64,000 nt of DNA from Squalus acanthias (Eukaryota), in NCBI GenBank assembly GCA_030390025.1, contig CM059431.1, positions 103,666,001 to 103,730,000 of the forward strand, written 5' to 3'. Both the position numbers and the translations under genes were made by a program. Shown piece after piece: positions 39,080 to 51,466 of this stretch (positions within the stretch are counted from its first letter, which is position 1; every line of letters starts with the position of its first letter). The notes below the pieces were generated by a model. The model ran no database searches and was not told the origin of the DNA. It saw nothing but the letters and a program-made list of their open reading frames with translations.

Positions 39080-39520
39080 GAGTAGACTAGGCCTATATTC
39101 TCTAGTATTTAGAAGAATTTAGAAGAATGAGAGGTGATCTCATTGAAACATACAAAATTCTTACAGGGCTTGACAGGGTAGATGCAGGGAGGATGTTTCC
39201 CCTGGCTGGGGAGTCTAGAACCAGGGATCACAGTCTCAGAATAAGGGGTTGGCCATTTAGGACTGAGATGAGGAGAAATTTCTTCACTCATAGGGTGGTG
39301 AATCTTTGGAATTCTCTACCCCAGAGGCTGTGGAGGCTCAGTCGTTAAATATATTCAAGACCGCGATCGATAGATTTTTGAATATTAAGGGAATCAAGGG
39401 ACATGGAGATAGCGCAGGAAAGTGGAGATGAGGTAGAAGATCAGCCATGATCTTATTGCATGGCGGAGCAGGCTCGAGGGGCCGAATGGCCTACTCCTGC
39501 TCCTATTTCTTATGTTCTTA
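39080..39520 (+). mobile_element. CR1 3' fragment inside a Harbinger-type MITE remnant (~38782-40060)
   Basis: MRGDLIETYKIL...RVVNLWNSLP; TTCTTATG tail. Confidence 0.88.
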
Positions 39521-40079
39521 AGTAATTAAAAAATAACGCACAAACATTTAAAATTAGTTTATGTAAATTTTGGCCCGGATTAAAATGTTTAACATTTTTA
39601 ATCAAAAAATTACATTTTTATTGTAAATGCTTCACTAAAGAGACTTTTAATTAAATGTGAAAATCGGAACATTTATTTTTATTCCAGATGTGTAATTTAT
39701 TTAATTATTTGGGGATTCCTAATATGCTAATGGGGATTCCATTGGTAAGTGGAATCTCCATCAGCTTATGAGGAATCTCTCCTTTCTGATAGCAGGACCT
39801 GGCCCATGTGATCCCAGGGACGCTTCCGAACCGCCCGCAGGCCCAGGACCCGAAGTCTCCGTGGCCCAGGAGCCAGCAGGTCAGTTCGGATTTTCATTTT
39901 CGGTTCGGAGGGCGTTCTCGGGAGGACTGCCTCCGACCGCAAATTCTGTCCCAGGGATCGCATGCCTGAGTTTCCAATATCCACTCCCAGCTGGCAAGGC
40001 TCCCTATCTGCTAGATGCACTTTTATTTTAAACAAATTTAATGCAGTTTTTTCCTGCAATGGGTAATTGTCATATATAA

Positions 40080-40550
40080 GTGTCACCTGTGGCTCAGTGG
40101 GTAGCACACTCGCCTCTGGGTCAGAAGGTTGTGGGTTCAAGTCCCACTCCAGGGACTGTGAACACATAAATCTAGGCTGACACTCCCAGTGCAGTGCTGA
40201 GGTAGTGCTGCACTGTCGGAGGTGCCGTCTTTCGGATGAGACATTAAACCAAGGTCCCGTCTGCTCTCTCAGGTGGACGTAAAAGATCCCATGGCACTAT
40301 TTTGAAGAAGAGCAGGGGAGTTATACCTGGTGTCCTGGGGCCAATATTTATCCCTCAACCAACATAACAAAAACAGATTATCTGCTCATTATCAAATTGC
40401 TGTTTGTGGGACCTTGCTGTGTGCAAATTGGCTGCCGTGTTTCCTACATTACAACAGTGACTGCACTTCAAAAGTACTTCATTGGCTGTAAAGCGCTTTG
40501 AGACGTCCGGTGGTCGTGAAAGGCGCTATATAAATGCAAGTCTTTCTTTT
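40080..40550 (+). mobile_element. SacSINE1-like SINE
   Basis: Full-length copy with A and B boxes. Confidence 0.88.
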
Positions 40551-41054
40551 TATAGAATAGACTCCCATCAAAAATAATTGATATTACGTGGAGTAATTCC
40601 CTTAAACAGAGTTGGATGAACATCAAGTTACGAATAAGATTAAAGTATATATAAGTATACTCTTAGATGATTGACTGTTTCATGAAACACTATGGGGGAA
40701 AAATTAGGTCGCGCCCCGTTTGGGGCGCAAATATCGTCTGGACGCAAAAATTAGCGCCTGCCGCTAATTATCGCCACTGACTGGAAACTTCACTTTTACC
40801 GCCCCGGGAGGTGAATGGAGCACTAAATCAGGCGCTGCACACCTGTCTTAAGGCGCAAAGGCCGAGCAGTGAGGCGCTAACTCAGCGCGCGAGCGCAGCG
40901 CAGGTGCTGCCAGTTAGCGAGGGAACACAGACATACTGGCGCCGGCCAGTTCTTAAAGGGGGGGGGGGGCCAACTTGCTCCCCAGCCACACCCTGCTCAT
41001 TGCAGCCTTGAATCTCGGCCTGGAGAGACCTGTGAATCCATTTTGCTGCCAAGG

Positions 41055-42874
41055 ATGGAGAGGGTGAGAGAACGAGCTCAGCGCTTCACCGAGCGGGCCT
41101 TGGATGCTCTGGTTGGCGCGGTGGAGCGCAGAAGATCTATACTCTTCCCTGAGAGTGGCAGGAGGCCTTTGCCACGCGAGTACAGAAGAGTGTGGAGGGA
41201 GGTGGCTCAGAGCGTCTCCTCCAGGAGCATGGTGCCCAGGACCCATGTTCAATCCCGCAAAAAGTTCAACGACCTCACTCGGGTCGTCAGGGTGAGTGGC
41301 TTTTTCTCAATACGTCTCCATCCCTCCATCTCAACCTCACTCTATGGCCAGAGGGTCTTAAAACCCCAATGCACAACACTCATCCAACACCTATGGCCCT
41401 TTCATGAAACACACACACACATTCCACACTTTGCATACAGTAAGGGCTATTCACCTATGGGAGGCACATCAGGCAAGACCATGGCTGCATACAGTAAGGG
41501 CTATTCACCTATGGGAGGCACATCAGGCAAGACCATGGCTGTATATTTACTCAGATGCTGTCCTTTTTCTTGCAGGCCAAGCTGGTGCATAATAGGAGAC
41601 AGCAGCAACGGACAGGTGGAGGGCGGCCTCAGCTGCAACCCCTCAGCGATCTTGAGGAGCGCGTCCACAGGATTGTGGCAAGCCGGGTGATCGCTCCCGT
41701 CGCCACTGGAGACGCCGACCCCGTTGTGGACAGCAATGGTAAGGTCATTACCTTTTTGTCCTCTGTCCTTCCACTTGTCCCTCACAACACCAGCCTTTGA
41801 CACTTTCAATCCAACTTGCTAACTCGCTGCACTTATTCCTCCCTTACTGCCACCCTGTCCTCACGCTAAAGCCACTCTTGTACCTCCCTGCTTTCAGATG
41901 GTGATTCACCAGCTGAGGAGACGGGCCCTGAAGCTGCCAGTGGGAGTGAAGCTGCAGCCGAGGAGGAAGAGGAAGCCGGAGCATCAGTGCCACCCTCTCC
42001 CGAGGAAGCCCATGCCCACACTGGGAACACGCCTTCCCTGGAGGGGAGCAGGGGGGAAGGGTCTGATGAGGGTGAAGCTCCAGGACCCAGCGGGCTGCAG
42101 CAACGCCATGGGGGTAGGGAAGAACGGGGGCCTTCTCCCCAGAGGGAGAGTATGCCAGCGACTCCTACTGCAATGGACGCAGAGGAGGAGCGGCTGATCG
42201 CAGAAATGAACACCCAGGCGGTGGGCATGCACACTGAGCTCATGGGTGCAGTGGGAAGGGTGCCCGAATGCATTGAGTCACTGGCAAGGAGTGTGGAGCA
42301 CTTCGCTGTAGCACAGGCGGATGCCACACTAAAGCTTAGTGCTGCAATTCAGTCACTGACTGCCGTGATCCCATCTCTGACTGCTCTCATGCAGACTCAG
42401 ATTGAGGCCACGCGAGCACTGACTGCTGCCAACCTCGATGGTTCGTTCACATCTCCCCGGGGCTCTCACCGCGCCGCAGCAGGCCAGCAATCTGTGCTCC
42501 AGCAGATTGCTCCGGATGCTGAAGTGCTGCCCCGTGGGAGTGCCAGTGTGTCGGTCGAGCAGGGAGTTGCTGTCCTCTCTCACGATGACAGCATTCCTGC
42601 TGCCAACACTGTCACTTCTCCACTGCACTTGCCATCGCCTGTAGGACAGACTGCTGCCGCCCATGCAGAGTTGGTGCAGTCTGCAGCCGGGCCCTCCAGG
42701 CCCAGAACTGGTCGAGGCCGTCCTTCAGGGGCATCTGCAGTGTCAGGGTCTGACAATCAGCAGCCTTCCACCAGCCTTGCTGCAGCCACTGAGGTCCCAT
42801 TACGGAGGAGCAGTAGGGTTAGAAGGGGGGAAGTGCGCAAGGGAAGGAGATCATCCTCGAAGGGCAAAAAGTAG
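41055..42874 (+). CDS. Harbinger Myb/SANT-like DNA-binding protein, 3 exons (41055-41291, 41576-41738, 41898-42874), 458 aa
   Basis: Exon 1 MERVRERAQRFTERALDALV...W REVA...RKKFNDL is a trihelix/Myb-like motif; exon 2 contains RRQQQRTGGG. Canonical junctions AGG|gtgagt, tttttcttgcag|GCC, ATG|gtaagg, ctttcag|AT; phases (0,1) join into one open frame of 1377 nt ending in a basic tail (RRSSRVRR...KGKK). Confidence 0.85.
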
Positions 42875-43186
42875 GAGGTGTGACAAAATGCTGGTCATTT
42901 TTTTATTAAAGGCCGAGGTTCGTGGTCCAACTTTTGTCTAGTGTTTTGGACATTATCTCCAGGTTGTGAGAACCAGTTATGTTAATGACTGTTTTTTTGT
43001 GTTTATTTCTATGAGTTTGTCATGAGGAAATGACACACACAGAGTTTGTAAAATAAATAAGTTTTTGTATTCAAAATATACATGTTTGGTGTTTGGAATC
43101 ATTGGTGCCTTGGCCGGCTTAGGGGTTGCGTGCTGGGTTCATTGATGTTGTTAGCAATGGCAGAAGCCATTTCCACAGCAGGGGCC

Positions 43187-44347
43187 CTAGAAGCGGCTTG
43201 CTATCAGCCGTTGACGGACGGCCCTTGCAGTTTCACCATTGTGGGCCGCCCTCCCGCCTTGGTGCTGCTGATGATCATCCTCCTCGTCCTCTTCCTCCTC
43301 TTCCTCCTCCTCCTCTGGTGGTGCTCCAAGGCCTGGTGGCATTGGCTGGGTCCTGACGATTGCCATGTTATGCAACATGCAGCACACAACTACGAAGTTG
43401 GATACTCGCTAAGGCGAGTACTGCAGGGCTCCTCCAGAATGGTCGAGACAGCGGAACCGTTGCTTCAGCACGCCGATTGTGCACTCAATTATGTTCCTGG
43501 TAGCTTGATGGCTCTCGTTGTACCGCAGCTCAGCAGGGGTGTTGGGCGTACGGAGCGGTGTCATCAGCCAGGTGCTCAATGGATACCCCTTGTCCCCGAG
43601 AAGCCAACCAACTGGCTGATGCGGTGCCTCGAAAAGTTCTGCCACAGTAGTCTGGCGCAGAATGAAAGCATCGTGGCAGCTGCCAGGATAGTGGGCATTG
43701 ACAGCGAGTATCAGCTGTCTGTGGTCACAGACCAATTGAACATTCAAGGAATGGAACCCCTTTCTGTTCCGGAAATCCTCGGCATTCTCATGTGGAGCAC
43801 GCAAAGCCACATGCGTGCAGTCAATGGCACCCTGCACCATGGGGAAGCCCGCTATCCTCGCAAAGCCCAGAGCGCGGTCACGCTGCTTGTCTAGGGTCAT
43901 GGGGAAAGAGATGAACTCTCGTCTCCTTTTAAAGAGGGCATTTGTGACCTGCCGGATGCAGCAATGCACCGCGAACTGGGAGATATTGGCGAGGTCCCCA
44001 GCAGCAGCTTGAAATGAACCAGTAGCATAGAAGTTGAGAGCCACTGTGACCTTCACTGCCACCGACAGAGACGTCCTGGACCTCAGTTGAGGCTGCAGAT
44101 CTGGCTGCAGCAGGTGGCAGAGCTCAGTGACCACCTCCTTGCTGAATCGCAGCCTTCGCAAACACAGCTCCTCAGACATATGAATGTAGGAGAGCTGTTC
44201 ACGATATACCCTGGGAGGGTAAGCTCTCCTGTACAGACGCCTGTTGGCCCTCCTCCGTCTGGCCATCATTGCCACTCTCTCTCTGCGTCTCTGTGTCCTC
44301 CGATTCAGCTGGAGCAGGACGACGCCCCCATTCAGTGCAGCCCCCAT
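43187..44347 (-). pseudogene. Harbinger (HARBI1-like) DDE transposase, 386 codons with one in-frame TAG
   Basis: Motifs ALNFYATGSFQ, GAIDCTHV, RNRKGFHSLNVQLVCD, LGDKGYP, RNIIECTIG. TAG at 43411-43409 (YSP*RVSNFVVVCCMLHN); the same frame continues through CCMLHN and an acidic tract to 43187. Confidence 0.92.
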
Positions 44348-45714
44348 AGTCTATTTGCAAGCAAATTTATGAAGGACAGCAACCAAAGTACCAGCGAAGT
44401 TAGGATCAGTAGGCAAAACTACCTCACAAAGCGTTGACTCAATGCAGAAGTCTCTCTTTCTCTCTCTCCGAATCTCTCTCTCTCAGAACGAGTGGTGCAA
44501 AAATGTCAACCACAGAAAAAGACAGGAAGAGGCCCCCTTTAAATAGTGCCCCCCCCAGCCCCACAGCGATTGATAGCGTTCCAGTCTTCCGGTCGTTGGA
44601 TGCGCCAGGCGGTAAGGCAGGGGGCGCCACTCAATTTCCGCTCCGGGGCGCCACAAGGGCGTTGCACTATGGAATGACGTCACAATCTGCGCACGCAGGT
44701 GGTCGCGGCGGTAAAGTTTAGCGCCGCCGCACAATGTCTAGTTAAGTTCCCGAGCGGCGCAAACATCGCTGCGCCCGGGCGCTAGCGGCTTTGCGCCCCA
44801 TTAGCGCCCTCTTAAGGCACTAACGGGAGGCGCAACCAACTGAATTTTTCCCCCTATGTTTCCTATCTTAGCACCATTCTTAAACTAAAATGAACTTCAA
44901 CATTAGCATATTTCAGCAAATAGATCCATTTTGATGATTATCTCTCTGAAATTAATTTGCTTGGGGTTAAATAAAATATATAAATCTTGAAGATATACTG
45001 TCCATTCACAATGGCTGTCTTAGCTCTGACCTTTTCACACAGCTAATCTGCTACAGTCTACTAATCCACCTCTGGAACTTTGTTATCGGGAGTGATATTC
45101 AGATTCTCCTCATCCAAGTGAGCTTTGCATCTTGAAGCGTCTAGCAATGTGATGCATGCGAACAACAAACCAAGGTAGCACAGCAGGCTCTTCTGAGAAA
45201 GCCATTATCTCCAGCATAGTCGCTACCTTATCCAAATAGCCAGACATCATCTCCTGCATTCAGAAATCTACACGTCCACTCCATCAAACAGCTAATTGAA
45301 TTTCTGTTGAACAGGGTGTCTTGGGTTTAGAACTGTCACCTGAAAAAAAAAATGTGGCAGAAGAACTAAAATAAACGAACAAAGCTGATAATCCATCATC
45401 AATGAATTGAAAGGGAAACACGTACACTTCCAACGTAAATGCATAAATACTTGAGTAATCAACCCTATTACCAGACTAAACTTACTGAGCAGAGATAACT
45501 TCGTTCTTGGCATTGTGCTGCACAGCGTGTTTATAGCATGCAATCGGCCTGTGTTGCGTACTAATGAATGAATGCAGATATACAGGGACAATGTTGGAGC
45601 CAATGGCATCCAGATCTTTAAGAAATCAATAGCTCTGATTGTAATTTCATTGTCCAGTATGGAGCTGAATCTCACAGGCCAAGAAAGGGCCAGTCTTATT
45701 CCTCAATTAAGTTA

Positions 45715-46138
45715 AAAGAAAGACTTGCAATTACATAGCGTTTTTCACCACCCCCCAAAGCGCTTTACAGTCGATTAAATACTTTTTTGAAGTGTAGTCA
45801 CTGTTGTGATGTGGTAAACACAGCTGCCAATTTGCGCACAGCAAGCTCCCACAATCAACAATGTGATGAGGACCAGGTAATCTGTTTCACTGATGTTGAT
45901 TGAGGGATAAATATTGGCCAGGACACTGGGGTAACTCCCCCTGCTCTTCTTCCAATAATGGCTGTGGCAGATGGGGTCTCGGTTTAACGTCTTAGTCAAA
46001 GGACAGCACAGCGCTCCCTCAGCACTGCACTGGGAGTGTCAGCCTAGATTTTGCACTCAAGTCTCTGGAGTGGGACTTCGAACCCACAACCTTCTGACTC
46101 AGAGGCGAGGGTGCTGCCCACTGAGCCACAGCTGACAC
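45715..46138 (-). mobile_element. SacSINE1-like SINE
   Basis: Reverse copy with an internal deletion. Confidence 0.85.
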
Positions 46139-46734
46139 CTTAAGTTAGTTGCACTTAGCTGTGCATACGTTGCGATTAACCTCACTATCCGTGGAGCTAC
46201 CGAGGGAAGAATCAGCCAGGGGTCCCACTCCTTTGTCCCCTACTGGAATGTGCATGAGTGTGGAGAGTGTAGGGGGTGATTTTCAATTTACTGCCGGAGC
46301 TTAAAACTGGAAAATCAGGCGGTTTCATAATGGGCGCCCGATCCACAATGCCATTGTTAAGCCCCAGCAGTAAGTTAAAAATTACCGCTGGAGTAAGTAA
46401 ACGACTAGGCTTGGTTTTGATGGTCCTAAAATTGGATAGCTTGGATGGCATTTACTTTCTGGACTATTTGGGCAAGGCTTGCTTGTCTCCATTGGAAATG
46501 TACCTCAGCATAGGTCAGCATGTTCGGGGTAGGAGTGGGAAAAATTGGGAATATCTATGCATAAATATCAAATGAAAGTTTTACGTCTGCCAGTGTCTTT
46601 AGGGCAAATTAACTTTTGGGGAGAAATGAGTCCCCTTCATGTCTGGTTTTTGAGGCAAAATGCTCGAGTTGGAGGGAAAAGGGAACCAATTTCCAGGCGC
46701 GATCCCTTGTGCCCGATCTCCTCCAGAAGTGTCC

Positions 46735-47345
46735 AGGAGAACATAAGAACATAAGATAAGAAATAGGAGCAGGAGTCGGCCATTTGGCCCTTTGAGCCTG
46801 CTCCACCATTCAATAAGATCATGGCTGATCTTCTACCTCAACTCCACCTTCCCGCACTATCCCCATATCCCTTGATTCCCTGAGTATACAAAAATCTATC
46901 GATCTCAGACCAATGGGAGAAAAAAAGGCAGAGGAATCGGTGGTAAGAAATAGGAGCAGGAGCCGGCCATTCGGCCCCTCAAGCCTGCTCCACCATTCAA
47001 TAAGATCATGGCTGATCTTCTACCTCATCTCCACTTTCCTGCACTATCCCCATATCCCTTGATTCTCTTAGTGCCCAAGAATCTATCGATCTCAGCCTTG
47101 AATATACTCAACAACTGAGCATCCACAGCCCTCTGGGGTAGAGAATTCCAAAGATTCTCCACCCTCTGAGTGAAGCAATGTCTCCTCATCTCAGTCCTAA
47201 ATGGCCGACCCCTTATTCTGAGACTGTGACCCCTGGTTCTAGACTCCCCAGCCAGGGGAAACATCCTCCCAGCATCTACCCTGTCAAGCCCTGTAAGAAT
47301 TTTATATGTTTCAATGAGATCGCCTCTCATTCTTCTGAATTCTAG
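46735..47345 (-). mobile_element. Two CR1 3' fragments (46735-46910, 46945-47345)
   Basis: MRGDLIETYKIL ORF; duplicated 3' tails. Similar short CR1 tails at ~22280-22490, 28415-28740, 36745-37000, 37320-37545, 58495-58785 and 59290-59645. Confidence 0.85.
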
Positions 47346-47564
47346 GGATATAGGGTACAGAGCAGGAATCTCCCTCTTGACTCCACAACACTGTTCCCGT
47401 CTGCTGCCAGCCCGGGCTCATCCCCCTCCCGTTGGACGATCCCCTCCCCACCCAACCAGGATTTACCTGTGGGCTCCGTGTCAGGGTCCTGATGGGTGCC
47501 TGCAGCTCACCGGTTTTATGTAGATGATATCCGAGGCCAATTAGTAGCCAATCAAAAGCAATTA

Positions 47565-47872
47565 AACTCCGAGATCGCTGCGCTCCTCCAATTCTGGCCT
47601 CTTGAGCATCCCCCTGATTATAATCGCTCCACCATTGGTGGCCGTGGCTTCAGCTGCCTGGGCCCTGAGCTCTGGAATTCCCTCCCTAAACCTCTCCACC
47701 TCTCTACCTCTGTTTCCTCCTTTAAGTTGCTCCTTAAAACCCACCTCTCCTGTCCTAATATCTCCTTATGTGGCTCGGTGTCAAATTTTGTTTTGATAAC
47801 GCTCCTGTGATGCGCCTTGGGATGTTGTACAACATTAACGGCGCTATAGAAATGCAAGTTATTGTTGTTGTT
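47565..47872 (+). mobile_element. L2 3' fragment
   Basis: GGRGFSCLGPELWNSLP; (TTG)n tail. Confidence 0.88.
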
Positions 47873-48751
47873 TACTTCAGTGCCTCTGAGCGGGTTTGTG
47901 AACAATATTTCCCCTTGTCCTCTCGGCTGCCATGTCTGTACCTAGCTCTCCTCAGGAGATTCCTTTTGAATAATTTTGTGAATCTTCCCCATATCATCTA
48001 TTCTTGTTTGTACATTTCATTTTTCCCTGACTCAGCCATTCCTGTTGATTTATTCATTCATCACTGAAGCCATTTCTTCCTCAGTTATTTATTTATTTGC
48101 CACCCTGCTTCTGTATTTCCTTTCATATGCCCCCCGCCCCGCCAACCCCCCCGTAGCCCTTTGCATCCACTCATCTATTTATTTATTTGCTTCCTGCCCC
48201 CTGCTTAATTATTTCATAGTTTACTGCTTCGGCCCTTCCTATTTCATTCTTTACAGCTGCACTTCTTCATGTTTATGCTTTTCATTCCTCCCAGACCCAG
48301 ATCACCAGCCTCCCCCACCAGCAGGTCACAGGTGTAAAGCCAACTCACATCTGTGGCCCTGCAACCCAACCAGAACAGCTGCAGTATTTTGCCTTCGTAT
48401 GCAGCCTCTAAGGTGAATTGGCTCTCTGCTAGGCTACCAGGACATCCCTTGGAATCCAACCCTTTAGTAAAATACCTACTGTCTAAGTAACACGATGTCA
48501 AGCACTGGGTCTTGTTGCAGATTATTTTACTTCACGTAAGGTTTTAACGCTGTCTGTGTTACAACTTATAACTCGTGTTACAATTTATGGGACAGAGAAA
48601 AGCAATACAAGTATATTCCCCTAAGCATGTGCAGGAATGGCCACAGGCTTGTTGCCTGAGGCGTTTTATTATCAAGTATCCTAAGCAATGAGTTGCGCCA
48701 GTGATGTTAAGATGACAATTTGTGTGGCCAATCAATACACAAAATCACATT

Positions 48752-49830
48752 AATACAAAAGCAAAATACTGCGGATGCTGGAAATCTGAAATAAAAACAG
48801 AAAATGCTGGAAACACTCAGCAGGTCAGGCAGCGTCTGTGGAGAGAGGAACAGAGTCAACGTTTCAGGTCGATGATGCAAATTGGCTGCCGCGTTCCCCA
48901 CATTACAACAGTGACAGTACTTCATTGGCTGTAAAGCACTTTGGGACGTCCAGATGTCGTGAATGGTGCTATAGAAATGCAAGTCTTTCTTTTTCCTTTT
49001 ACCTGTTTTGCGTCCCTATTAAGGCCTATTAGGTACTAGGATATATCTAGCAGCCATTTTCTAATACAAAAGCAAAATACTGCGGATGCTGGAAATCTGA
49101 TTTTCTTATTTTTTTTCTCTCTCCCACATGGCAGCTGTCGATCATTCTGCCAGTGCCATTTACACTTCATCTAGAGCCATCTTTTGTTTCTTAACTTGTC
49201 CCATTACCATCTCCTTTTGCCTTGCACCATCTCTTAATCTCTCTTAATGTCTCTTAATCTCTCCTGCCTTCCATCCTATCACAGACCTTCCCTTTTGTTC
49301 TTTCCTCCCCTCCCCCCTTTCCCTGCCCCTACACTGGCTTAAAAACCTGTTCCATCTCCAGCTTTTTCCAGTTCTGACGAAGGGTCATCGACCTGAAACG
49401 TTGACTCTGTTTCTCTCTCCACAGATGCTGCCTGACCTGCTGAGTAGTTCCAGCCATTTACTAATAACTTACAATTCACCGGCGCAAGTGAATCAATGTA
49501 GACTGTGTGCAATTTGGTGCTCCCTGCCTTCAAACCTTCACTGATGCACTGGGGATCACAGAAGAGAGGTAAGGTTGACTCCAAAGCTTGGAGCTCAAAG
49601 TTATGAAGAGACTCTCACAGAACTGAAATAAAAACAGAGAATGCTGGAAATACTCAGCAGGTCAGGCAGCATCTGTGGAGAGAGAAACAGAGTCAACGTT
49701 TCAGGTCAATGACCCTTCGTCAGAACTGGAAAAGGGTCATCGACCTGAAACGTTTAACTCTGTTTCTCTCTCGCTCCACAGATGCTGCCTGACCTGCTGA
49801 GTATTTCCAGTATTTTCTGTTTTTATTTCA
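48752..49830. mobile_element. Cluster of family B fragments (48752-48875, 49067-49450, 49624-49830) enclosing a duplicated segment
   Basis: Middle piece has a 16-bp TSD CAGCCATTT(T/A)CTAATA (49051-49066, 49451-49466); right piece is palindromic. Confidence 0.75.
49370..49406 (+). ncRNA. Minimal hammerhead motif (family B)
   Basis: AGUU-CUGACGA-A-GGGUC auc GACCU-GAAA-CGUU-GACU (G-U wobbles); another copy on the minus strand at 49691-49727. Confidence 0.7.
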
Positions 49831-50658
49831 CATACTTACATTGCTGTGTTATTCCTTCTGCTTTTTTTTATATTCCTCCTGGTTTTTTTTTAGGATGAGA
49901 AGGGCATTCAGATGGAACGTCATTCCGTGAAATAGGACCAAGCTGGTAAATAGACTGGACCATATAAAGGAGAGGGAGGGCTGCACATTAATGGTGGACA
50001 GGTGTAGTACGACTTCTAAATGATACTGTGTTACTGAGCCAGTGAACCTATGGATCTTGTCGCAAGGGCACAAGCTAGATATGGGTGAGGAAAGACATTC
50101 AGGCCATGCCAGCTCACCCATCCGAAAGGAATTTACAAGGGCTGATCAGTCACTCCCGGTAAGGAATGGCGCTCACAGGGAACATTTGACATGTTCACAA
50201 GTTACAGAGGCCGGAATTTTCTGAGGTAAGAATGGGGGGGTTGGAGGAATTGGGGGCGGGGAGGGGGGTGGGGGCGGTGGGGGGGGGCGGTTGGAGTGAA
50301 AGTTGAAAAAGTGTGAACCCGACCACTTTCACACAGGTGGGACAGGGGTCAAATATTAGAATGAGGCCTGAAGCCCCTACTTTGCCAGTTTTACTGCTGG
50401 CATTTATTGCACATCACTTATTGAAGGTGGTGGTGAGCTGCCTTCTTGAACCGCTGCAGTCCGTGTGGTGAAGGTACTCCCACAGTGCTGAGTTTTCTTG
50501 TAGCAGTTTGGTACAACGGAATGGCTTGCTAGGCCATTAAAGAGGGCAGTTAAGAGTCAACATATTAGCCAGACCAGGTAAGGATGGCAGGTTTCCTTAA
50601 AGTGATCCAGAAGGATTTTTATGACAATCCTGTTGTTTCATATTAATACTGATACCTT

Positions 50659-51466
50659 GGGCTGGATTTTGTCAATGGGAAGCTTTTGGAGGCGGAACTG
50701 CTGCTTGCCGGCTTTCAATCCCGTCTCCATCAGCTTCTGGCCAACCAGCGGGATTTTCCCCTGATTGACCTTGTTAAGCTAGCCCAGTGGGCTCAGCAGG
50801 CCAATTAGGGGGAAGTCAGTGACAGAGCACGTCAACGTATGATGTGCCATCTGTCAAGAACTTTTGAAAGAAGAAAGGTCATCGTTTGACAGCTCTGTGA
50901 AGCTGTCTAACACTGACATTCTGTGTAGTTTGATGAGCCCTTGTGTTCAGGACTCATCAAACCTTTCAACTTTGCAGAAATCACCTGGCTGTTAGTTCAG
51001 AGGATCCAACAGCCAATCTGTGAAATCTACAATGGAGATGTCGGGACTCCGGCTCCACAGCGGCTGAAGGCTGTAGGCAGAAACAAAGGTAAGTGAACAT
51101 TTTCTAACACTTTACACTCACCTTACATACTTACCACTCCACACTTGCACCCATCACTCACCTCTACATCACACTTTCAGATTCCTCCAACCCCCGCAGA
51201 CCTCCTTCTCGTCTCCTACACCCTGGCGGGGTTCCCCGAGGTCGGGAGGCCTGCACTTCGGAGCGAAGAATGGGGATAATCCTATTTTCTGTTAATAGGT
51301 TTTAATCCCTTTCCCACCTCGAGGAGACGGGACCTGGGGCAGGACGGCTTCCCGCCTCCTGGCAAGAGGGCACGGAGGCGGGTTTGCCACCCGCCCCCAA
51401 ATTCTACAACTTTACCGGCAGTCCCGCCTCCATACCTGTCTCCTGGTGGCTGACAAAATCCAGCCC
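50659..51466. mobile_element. Harbinger-type MITE related to 9356-10213
   Basis: Perfect 16-bp TIR GGGCTGGATTTTGTCA / TGACAAAATCCAGCCC; interrupts a SINE; TSD imperfect. Confidence 0.8.

Larger units (their letters stand above)
40694..44854. mobile_element. Full-length PIF/Harbinger DNA transposon (two convergent genes)
   Basis: Perfect 12-bp TIR GGGGGAAAAATT (40694-40705) / AATTTTTCCCCC (44843-44854); 3-bp TSD TAT at 40691-40693 and 44855-44857; contains a Myb/SANT-like gene (+) and a HARBI1-type DDE transposase (-). Confidence 0.95.

Noticed and set aside
43082..43894. 270-aa plus-strand ORF with a hydrophobic stretch
   Set aside because: Antisense shadow of the transposase; the hydrophobic run is the complement of the acidic GAG/GAA tract.
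43187..44347. Domesticated host HARBI1/NAIF1 gene pair
   Set aside because: TIRs, TSD, local MITE derivatives and a nonsense codon indicate a transposon copy, so no gene symbol was assigned.
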